The notes beneath the pieces were generated by a model. That model was not told where the DNA came from, did not search any database, and saw only the letters and a program-made list of their open reading frames with translations. The position numbers were made by a program, and so were the translations under genes. A stretch of DNA of 34,096 bases, from the IMG/VR virus record IMGVR_UViG_3300032104_000068. One strand, given 5' to 3'. The DNA is from a virus. Positions 13,211-20,159 of the stretch are shown piece by piece. Numbering within the stretch: position 1 is the stretch's first letter; each line of letters starts with the position of its first letter.

Positions 13211-15166
13211 TTAGATTAATTCTGCTGTGCCGAGGCCGCTGCCAGTACCGCCAGTACCGCCAACACTACCACCGCCACTTCCGCTGGTGTCCCCGGCACC
13301 GTCAGCCGGGGTGACAATTGACCCGACATAATAGCGATGGTTGCCTTGGCCCAGGATAGCTGAATTGGTTGTTACTATATAGGTGCCACCGCCATCAAGG
13401 CCCGGGTCATCCATATAAATAAAGTATCTTATATTAAAACTCAAGCCGGTCAGGGACCCTGACGGATAAGCAATCGTCTTGGCTCCGATTTCAACATTAT
13501 GGGCGGCGATACTGATGGTGGCCGTGGCTCCGGCATCTGTGGCGGTTAACAGGATCGCCATGTCCCGGATGCTGATGACGCCGATGGTTGAAAGGACCGG
13601 GTCTTTGCGGCTGTCAATAATTGCGTCATTGCGGTTCAATTTGGCACCGGCGACCAATGCCTGTTCATCGGTGGCCGGGGTCCAGTCAAAAATGCTGTCC
13701 GGCCACAACTCAAGTTTTTCCCTGATTAAGAACCCAAGGTTGCCGTCTTCATCGGCATCAACCGACATCACCCAATCGGCAATAAGCCATTTCGATGTCA
13801 CGATATTCAAGCGGTCATAACTGAAATTGATGCTGTCCATTGCTTCATCTTGAAGCGCAATCGGGCTGAAGGTCAGGTCAAGATTTTCTTCCACCCGGTT
13901 GGATTTCAAGGCAATCTGAAGGATGCGCTGGCCCCGGATATGGTTGGTAGTGAACAGCAAATCAATGTTGCCGATTAAAGCCTGGTTGTAATCTTCCGTG
14001 ACCGCTGCCGTGTCTTCAATCAGCGGCAGGTTTTTCGCATTGAACTGGTCATCTTCATCAGCGAAAACACCCGTGACGGTGTTGAATTTTTGGCCCAGGC
14101 CGGTATTCAGCCGATAGGAAATAGGACTTAGGACATCATTGATGCCGCGAGTCTTGGTGGCCACCCGCGGGGCACCAGCGAACACCCGCCACAGGCCGTT
14201 TTGCAATGTCACCCGGCCCGCGCATGAAGTCATCAGGTTTTCAAGATTGACCCGGTGCTGATTGCGCGGGTCAACATATCCGTCACAGGTGTACCTGGTT
14301 TGGTTGCCGCCCGCCTTCAGGTCAACGGTTTCATCACAGACATCCGCTTCCGCCCGGATATGCGCCCAATCAAAACGGTCATCGGCGATGCCAACCCCGA
14401 TGACCCTAGTGCCGTCATAGGATGTGGTGGTGGAATTGGCCACCAGGAAGCCACGCATATAATGGACGATGCACAGAATGGGATTGTTGGACCAGACCCA
14501 GGTTGACTGGTCGGTCAGCCGTTGCGGGCCGCTGCCGCCGTTGGTGGTATCAAGGCGCGGGTCATAAATTTTGGCCCCCTTGTTGACAATGATGAATTGT
14601 TGAACGCCGTTGGGAAATTTGTCCCGGTCAAAAGTCAGCTTCAAATGAATGGCAGGCAATCCCCTGAGCCGGTGCGCCGTGGTCCATTTGCTTGAGGCAC
14701 TGGTCAATTCGGCAAAATCGGTTTGGGCATCGATGCCGGTTTTCTTGAACAACGACATGACCCCGCTGAAGGGCGCGTTCGCATTGTCCCCGGTGAATGT
14801 CACCAGGTCATTGGCCCAATAAAATTTTTCCGCAACCGTATCAAATTCATGACCGCCGACCACCACCACCAGCGAAAGAAATTTGTTGTCTTCGCCATAG
14901 GTATCGCGGAACACCAGCAACCCGCCGGTGGCATTGCGCCCTAATAATGCCGCCCGTGGTTCAACCGGCGAAATCCGCAGCCGCAAGCGTTGGCCGTCTT
15001 CAAGCGGATTGCTCAGGCTTGGCGAAGGGGACAGCAAAGTTGAAATTCCCGACAGCACAAAAACGGCCCCCAATTTCCACAGGAATGAAATACCAGTAAC
15101 AATGCCGACCATAATCAAGGTTATCCCGACAACCACCTGAATGAAGCCTGTGAGGGTTTTGCCCAT
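13211..15166 (-). CDS. host-specificity / central tail-tip protein (lambda J-like, RcGTA g15-like) with gpI-like hydrophobic N-terminus
   Basis: WVWSNNPILCIVHYMRGFL is the hallmark of the J-type tail-tip domain. The N-terminal 50 aa form two hydrophobic helices followed by LSPSP. The C-terminus is Gly-rich. Confidence 0.75.
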   Translation of the reverse strand: MGKTLTGFIQVVVGITLIMVGIVTGISFLWKLGAVFVLSGISTLLSPSPSLSNPLEDGQRLRLRISPVEPRAALLGRNATGGLLVFRDTYGEDNKFLSLVVVVGGHEFDTVAEKFYWANDLVTFTGDNANAPFSGVMSLFKKTGIDAQTDFAELTSASSKWTTAHRLRGLPAIHLKLTFDRDKFPNGVQQFIIVNKGAKIYDPRLDTTNGGSGPQRLTDQSTWVWSNNPILCIVHYMRGFLVANSTTTSYDGTRVIGVGIADDRFDWAHIRAEADVCDETVDLKAGGNQTRYTCDGYVDPRNQHRVNLENLMTSCAGRVTLQNGLWRVFAGAPRVATKTRGINDVLSPISYRLNTGLGQKFNTVTGVFADEDDQFNAKNLPLIEDTAAVTEDYNQALIGNIDLLFTTNHIRGQRILQIALKSNRVEENLDLTFSPIALQDEAMDSINFSYDRLNIVTSKWLIADWVMSVDADEDGNLGFLIREKLELWPDSIFDWTPATDEQALVAGAKLNRNDAIIDSRKDPVLSTIGVISIRDMAILLTATDAGATATISIAAHNVEIGAKTIAYPSGSLTGLSFNIRYFIYMDDPGLDGGGTYIVTTNSAILGQGNHRYYVGSIVTPADGAGDTSGSGGGSVGGTGGTGSGLGTAELI

Positions 15167-15597
15167 CAGATTTTAAAGACCTTTCCGCATGTGCTGGTTT
15201 CAACGTAAATCAGCCCGTCATCGGGACTGATGAAAAGACTGTCCACCCCGACACACAGGCCAATCGCCGGGTTCTTTTTATCACAGTTCAGGACAATATC
15301 GCCCGCTGCCGCTTTGCTGACGTGCAGGGGAACACCCAATACCGCCACAAGGGTTGTCGGCAGGGTTCCCCTCCCTTTGGCTTTCAGCGTCTTCAGCGCG
15401 CCCTGGCGGTCGTTATATCCGGCAAAAGGGGTGAACGGGTTGTTGCCCGTCATGGCCTTAATACATTCCCCGCAAAATACACAGCAATCGGTAATTCCCC
15501 AGGCAAACTTTTTTTCTGACCAGGACCGGATGACAGCTTCCAGGTCCGGCATCCAGTTGGGTTTGCGGGTGCTCAAGGTATTATAAAAGCCGGTCAT
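15166..15597 (-). CDS. NlpC/P60-type tail peptidase (lambda K / RcGTA g14-like), 143 aa
   Basis: FAWGITDCCVF carries the catalytic Cys context. It sits between the L-like and J-like genes, with ATGA overlaps on both sides. Confidence 0.65.
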   Translation of the reverse strand: MTGFYNTLSTRKPNWMPDLEAVIRSWSEKKFAWGITDCCVFCGECIKAMTGNNPFTPFAGYNDRQGALKTLKAKGRGTLPTTLVAVLGVPLHVSKAAAGDIVLNCDKKNPAIGLCVGVDSLFISPDDGLIYVETSTCGKVFKI

Positions 15598-16244
15598 TTT
15601 ATTTGTATATTAATTCCTTTTTGTGGATTGGGATTGAACGGCGTGCCTGACCCGGTGCCGATGGTTTGCTTGCTGGCGATGCCCCAAAGCAGTTCTTCAT
15701 CCAGGTCATTGAGATATTCAAGCCCCTTGTCGCCGCTGAAAAGTTTCTGTTGCATGGTATTGTTGACGTTCCAGAAATGGGTGCGCGTCAACAGCGTTGC
15801 TTCGGTCGCCAGTTCAAGCGTGATGATTGCAAAATCCGGGCCATCAAACATGGATACGCCGTTGATGAAACCGACCGACATGGTTTTGATGGTGCCGCCC
15901 AACAGGTTCAGGTCATCATCAAAAAACCCGACATAGATTTTATAGCCCCGCCCGGTTTGTTTGTTATTTTTAAACAAGGCAATGAAATCCTTAACGGCAT
16001 CTTCAGGGATAAGGTTGAGGGTCGCCTGGATGGTTTGTTCAGTTAAATCCGTTGGTTCTCCGAAACCGGAAAGCTGGCCAAATTCCCCCACTCCAAGCCA
16101 GCTTTGCGAAATCGCGCTGATGGTACCGATGCCGGACCATAACCGGGTGAAATCGCCAATCAAATCCAGTTCAAAAAACAACGCATAATTTATATCGCGT
16201 TGGGCGACATGGGTAGCAACGGCGGCGGCAAGGTTTCTTGACAT
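15594..16244 (-). CDS. tail-tip protein occupying the lambda-L / RcGTA g13 position (216 aa)
   Basis: The call rests on synteny, since it lies directly upstream of the P60 and J-like genes. The N-terminal pattern is AAAVATHVAQRDINYALFFELDL...LWSGIGTI...WLGVGEFG. Confidence 0.5.
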   Translation of the reverse strand: MSRNLAAAVATHVAQRDINYALFFELDLIGDFTRLWSGIGTISAISQSWLGVGEFGQLSGFGEPTDLTEQTIQATLNLIPEDAVKDFIALFKNNKQTGRGYKIYVGFFDDDLNLLGGTIKTMSVGFINGVSMFDGPDFAIITLELATEATLLTRTHFWNVNNTMQQKLFSGDKGLEYLNDLDEELLWGIASKQTIGTGSGTPFNPNPQKGINIQIK

Positions 16245-16247
16245 GGC

Positions 16248-16550
16248 TCACCCCCTGCATCTTTCCACTTCCCAACCAAGAATTTCAGCCTTGGTGCAAA
16301 GTTCATCCTGTTCTTGCCCGGTTAAAACTCCCTGTTGCACATCGCGCTTTTCTAAAAGTTCAAGTACCCGGTCAATATATTGCATCCGTTCAACCTTGCC
16401 CAATCGGTCATCAATTTGAGCGACAGCGGCATTAAACTGGTCTAGCGTTACCCACATTATCCCGGACCAAACCCCGAACCCGTAAAGGCTGGTCAAAATA
16501 GCAATCGTAGCAACAATGTTACCCAGGGACCATTTTATTTCACGGTTCAT
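16248..16550 (-). CDS. N-terminally membrane-anchored coiled-coil protein (100 aa)
   Basis: The TM segment WSLGNIVATIAILTSLYGFGVWSGIMWV is followed by a charged helical region. Confidence 0.6.
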   Translation of the reverse strand: MNREIKWSLGNIVATIAILTSLYGFGVWSGIMWVTLDQFNAAVAQIDDRLGKVERMQYIDRVLELLEKRDVQQGVLTGQEQDELCTKAEILGWEVERCRG

Positions 16551-16669
16551 TTTTTCTTTGTCCTTTTTTTCAATTTTCGTTTTTCAGCATAATGCTGGCT
16601 TTTTTTAAACTGGTTCCAGGCAAAAAAACCGTAGCCAATCAAGCCCACCAGTCCGGCGATTATGGTCAT
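16547..16669 (-). CDS. small single-TM protein with highly basic tail (40 aa from ATG 16669)
   Basis: MTIIAGLVGLIGYGFFAWNQFKKSQHYAEKRKLKKRTKKK. Its stop overlaps the next ATG (ATGA). The frame stays open upstream to the TAA at 16715-16717. It is below the ORF-track cutoff. Confidence 0.45.
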   Translation of the reverse strand: MTIIAGLVGLIGYGFFAWNQFKKSQHYAEKRKLKKRTKKK

Positions 16670-16714
16670 GACATCGCCGATGGTGCCCGACACGGACGCC
16701 GCCTGGATTTGCTG

Positions 16715-16807
16715 TTACAATTCCACCTGGGTCTGTTCCGCGATAGTCACGGAAACCGCTGTTCCCAATCCCAGGATGCCAGTTAAACTGTTTAAACTTT
16801 TAATCAT
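16715..16807 (-). CDS. 30-codon hydrophobic ORF ending in a TAA that is in frame with the next ORF
   Basis: MIKSLNSLTGILGLGTAVSVTIAEQTQVEL*. The RBS is weak, and it is in the same frame as 16547..16714. Confidence 0.3.
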   Translation of the reverse strand: MIKSLNSLTGILGLGTAVSVTIAEQTQVEL

Positions 16808-16839
16808 AATAAATTTCTTTTTTGTTCAACTTTCTATGG

Positions 16840-17127
16840 CTAGGCTCCGGTTAAATTCGGTTCATCAGGCTCCCAATCTAGTGCATAAATATCTGCCTGT
16901 ACTTTAGCGATGTGTTCTGCCCCGGGAGTTGCCCGATTTATAATAACTCCTGGGAACATTGCCGCCAAGCCGGTATCATCTTCCAGTTTTGCCCAGGCCA
17001 CGGTTCCGTCCATTTTGATATTCACCGAAAGGATATTTTCAGGATGGGTCTGCGCAAATCTATTTATCATTTCTTGGTTGGCAGCAGGCCAATCAGGATG
17101 CGCCATATTTATTTTGAGATAAATCAT
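16840..17127 (-). CDS. hypothetical protein (95 aa)
   Basis: This is an ORF-track ORF whose ATG lies 1 nt after the upstream stop. Confidence 0.55.
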   Translation of the reverse strand: MIYLKINMAHPDWPAANQEMINRFAQTHPENILSVNIKMDGTVAWAKLEDDTGLAAMFPGVIINRATPGAEHIAKVQADIYALDWEPDEPNLTGA

Positions 17128-17128
17128 A

Positions 17129-17863
17129 TCAGTCGCTCGCCGAAGTTGAACAGGTGGTTAAAGCGCCTGTAATAGTGAAGTTTCCGCCGGTCCCTTTATT
17201 ATTGCTTGGGTCGCCATCAGGAGCATATATTAGCGGGGTTGTCCCAGTTACAAGTTCGCCATTAGCACCTAAATCAACTGGTTTAAGAGTGGCAGTTATT
17301 AATTTGCGTCTGTTCGCTAAAACTGATACATCGAAAAAAACATTATCAAACCAAAGTTCTTGAAGGCAACCATTTAATTTTAAACCTCCAGTAACCCATG
17401 CACCGATACCCCAATCCGCTTTGGTATAATCAATTGTATCATCTATTTCAGTTGACCCCGCGGCTTCATCATCAACATCATCAATGAAAAAATGAGTGAC
17501 TGGCACAGCCAAATCCCACGTTCCACAAAGATGAATATGACTGGCCGATGCTAAATAAGTTGAAGCTGATACCATTCGCATAATAAGACTACCAATAGCG
17601 TTTTCACCTCTTATTTCAAGTGTATTTGCACTGGCTCTTAATACCTCAAATCCACGACTAGTATTCTCTATTAATACTTGATTAGCGCCATCTCCGCCAT
17701 CTAATCTTAGCCAAGCGGAGAAAGTCCCGGTTTTGGCATCAGCGTTGCCGGTTAAATCTGCTCCTCTTAAGGCAAAATCATTGGTGCCGTCATAATCATT
17801 GGCGGTAGTGGTGTAGCCAGGTGGAACGCCACCACTGAAAAGTGCAAATGGAAAAGTAAACAT
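17129..17863 (-). CDS. LamG / concanavalin-A-like lectin-fold protein (244 aa), probable receptor-binding accessory
   Basis: FDGTNDFALRGADLTGNADAKTGTFSAWLRLDGG...QVLIEN is the typical LamG-type pattern. The gene is markedly AT-rich, with 20/60 and 21/60 G+C in two hand-counted samples. Confidence 0.55.
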   Translation of the reverse strand: MFTFPFALFSGGVPPGYTTTANDYDGTNDFALRGADLTGNADAKTGTFSAWLRLDGGDGANQVLIENTSRGFEVLRASANTLEIRGENAIGSLIMRMVSASTYLASASHIHLCGTWDLAVPVTHFFIDDVDDEAAGSTEIDDTIDYTKADWGIGAWVTGGLKLNGCLQELWFDNVFFDVSVLANRRKLITATLKPVDLGANGELVTGTTPLIYAPDGDPSNNKGTGGNFTITGALTTCSTSASD

Positions 17864-18846
17864 TAGCTAAACGCCAAGCGTGAGTCGCCATGCATACTTG
17901 TTCCATCTGAAATAAACGTCAGATAATCAACGGCATTGGCCGCTGTGGAAAGTGTTGGCGCTGTCCCGCCCGGCCATTTATAGGCAGTCCCGTAGGCCAG
18001 CGTCCGGCTTCCGGTTGCATCCTGTATTACCTTGAGGATATAGGTCGCGCCGTCCTTCATGTTGGTTGGATTGACAAGAGTTCGATTACCAGCAAGGGTA
18101 ACTTTGGCAACTTGATTTGTGTTCAAATTCCACGCAATACTCGCCCCATCAGTTAAAGTGGTGGCATTGAAATTCTGTTGTGCCGTGTATTCCTGCGCAA
18201 CATTTTTAACTGCATTATTGGCATTAAAAGCCTGAACATTAACTCCGATAGCGAGGCCAAGATTGGTGCGTGCCACGCTTGCGGTCGAGGCTCCGGTGCC
18301 ACCGGCTATAATTGGTATATCTGTTGCGTTCCAGACGCCGGTTGTAATTGTTCCAACAGTGACAATGGCGGCTTGCAAAAAATGTTCGCCAGCGACAAAG
18401 CCAAGTAAATTGTCATGGTTCAGGACACCCTGAACCACCAAATCAAAACCATCGACATTATTACCAGCCAGCAGCACCGTATCGTGTTGGTCGTCCAAGA
18501 CAATCGTGCCATCAACGGTGCCGTTCATTTTCTCCCCGGCCTGGACCGCGATGGTCACGGTGTTGGCATCGCCGGTGGTTTTTTTGATGCCGAGACAGAA
18601 ATTCTGGTCGGCGGCGGCGGCAGGAAATGTCAGGACCACATTGCCAGTGGAAGTATCCACCAGCAAAAACACGCCCCGGTCGGTATTGGCCAATGCACGG
18701 GTGGCCGTAACTGCCGCCGTTTTCCTGATTGTCCGTTCATCCAGTTCATCAAAATTGGTATTGATGGTTTGACCGCCTGAGCGCAATTTGTCGCCGGTGC
18801 CGTCATTGGCGACAGCGCCGACATTAATGTCGATAATTGCACTCAT
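17863..18846 (-). CDS. tail fibre protein (327 aa)
   Basis: The N-terminal VANDGTGDKLRSGGQTINTNFDEL motif and the internal GGTGASTASVARTNLGL motif are both common in phage tail fibres. Confidence 0.7.
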   Translation of the reverse strand: MSAIIDINVGAVANDGTGDKLRSGGQTINTNFDELDERTIRKTAAVTATRALANTDRGVFLLVDTSTGNVVLTFPAAAADQNFCLGIKKTTGDANTVTIAVQAGEKMNGTVDGTIVLDDQHDTVLLAGNNVDGFDLVVQGVLNHDNLLGFVAGEHFLQAAIVTVGTITTGVWNATDIPIIAGGTGASTASVARTNLGLAIGVNVQAFNANNAVKNVAQEYTAQQNFNATTLTDGASIAWNLNTNQVAKVTLAGNRTLVNPTNMKDGATYILKVIQDATGSRTLAYGTAYKWPGGTAPTLSTAANAVDYLTFISDGTSMHGDSRLAFS

Positions 18847-19535
18847 AGTGTTAGGTCCTCAATAAATCCCAAGGTCATTGGGATGGTTTGCACGTTGTCA
18901 CTCTGCCACAAAAGTTTTTGTTTGGTAAGTTTGGCGATGAAAAAAGTCTGTTCGGTGGTAACTGCCGCACCGTCAGCCGGGGCCGTTTTGATGCGCGGCT
19001 GATGTGTAATGGTGGCCTTGCCGGCGCCATCCGTGTTGACATTTTCGACACAAATCAACAGCCGGTTTTCAACCATAAAATAATCCCCTGCCTTCAGCAC
19101 CAAGGCGCTGGCCGGGGCTTCCCTGATGTTCAGCGTATTGCCTTGCTGGTTGGCCCCATCGACCACAAAAACCTTCGGGAAACTGTCATTATCCCAGGTA
19201 AAAAGTTCACTGTCCCAACTGACAATGCCACTATCAAGCGTGACTTTACCGGCGACAAATGTGGACGGCAACCGCTTGTCCGGGTCATATGCCTTGAAGG
19301 TGCCGACCCGTCCGCGCAGGCTTAAAATCCAAGCCGTCAGGGTCCGGGTTTCCGCAATCGTCAGCGGCGTGGTGGTGAACTCGCCCTCCCATCGGTCGGT
19401 TGTGCCACCGGCATGACGTTGCAAGCTGACCTTGCGGGTCAAGACTCCTTCAAAAATTGCCCGATTGAAATTCAGTTCAATCCGCGACCTGAAAAGACGG
19501 ATGCTGGTGGGGAATGTCAAGGGATATGTGACCAT
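18843..19535 (-). CDS. tail structural protein, paralog 2 (230 aa)
   Basis: It is homologous to the upstream neighbour: DRWEGE..TTPLT...W..SL.G...FKA.D.D..LPST ... GDYF ... TDGAG ... PAD.AA..TE..FF.A.L ... EDL. Confidence 0.65.
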   Translation of the reverse strand: MVTYPLTFPTSIRLFRSRIELNFNRAIFEGVLTRKVSLQRHAGGTTDRWEGEFTTTPLTIAETRTLTAWILSLRGRVGTFKAYDPDKRLPSTFVAGKVTLDSGIVSWDSELFTWDNDSFPKVFVVDGANQQGNTLNIREAPASALVLKAGDYFMVENRLLICVENVNTDGAGKATITHQPRIKTAPADGAAVTTEQTFFIAKLTKQKLLWQSDNVQTIPMTLGFIEDLTL

Positions 19536-20155
19536 CACAAATCCTCCACAAAGCGCAGGCGGACCGGCAACCCCTTCACGTTGTCGCTAACCGCAAAAGG
19601 CACATCAATCAATCGCGCCAGGAAAAAAAATCCTTCCGTCAGGATAGCGGCGTTGTCGGCTGGCGACGATTTCAGCGGCGGCTCAAATTCAAGCGTGACT
19701 TCACCGGCCCCATTGGTGTCGGCCTGAACCGTGACCATGTGCGTAAAATTTCCCCATCCAAAATAATCGCCGGGGTTCAGGATGGTGCTGTTGATGGGAA
19801 AGCCGTCAACATTCAATAGCGTCCCGGTTTGGCTGGCCCCCATCACCAGGCCGTTGCCGGGAAAAGACCCGTTCTTTGTGGACGGCAACAGCCGGTCCAA
19901 ATCTTGTGCCTTGAACAGCTTCAGGCCCCCTTCCAGGGAAATCATCCAGGCCAGCAATTCGGCGCGCTGGTCAAAGGTCAAGGGCGTGGTTTCCCATTCC
20001 CCCTCCCAACGGTCGCCCAAGCCGTCATTGACCCGTCCGGTGCTGATTGCCCTGGCCATATCAGAAAAAAAAACAGTGTTCAGAAAAGCCAATCCAAGGG
20101 CGGATTTCGCAATTTCTATACCTGACGGAAAGACCCTGGGAAAAGTGATTGCCAT
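19535..20155 (-). CDS. tail structural protein, paralog 1 (206 aa; distal-tail position after the tape measure)
   Basis: It was trimmed to ATG 20155, which follows GGTGAGG and lies 4 nt after the tape-measure stop. See paralog 2 for the shared motifs. Confidence 0.65.
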   Translation of the reverse strand: MAITFPRVFPSGIEIAKSALGLAFLNTVFFSDMARAISTGRVNDGLGDRWEGEWETTPLTFDQRAELLAWMISLEGGLKLFKAQDLDRLLPSTKNGSFPGNGLVMGASQTGTLLNVDGFPINSTILNPGDYFGWGNFTHMVTVQADTNGAGEVTLEFEPPLKSSPADNAAILTEGFFFLARLIDVPFAVSDNVKGLPVRLRFVEDL

Positions 20156-20159
20156 GACC

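Noticed and set aside
16715-16717. In-frame TAA (here) and TGA (10750-10752) as evidence for stop-codon reassignment.
   Set aside because: TAA, TGA and TAG each terminate well-supported genes in this window. Examples are TAA at 100-102 and 17863-17865, TGA at 32278-32280 and 23277-23279, and TAG at 26429-26431 and 16840-16842. A recoded genetic code is therefore not supported.
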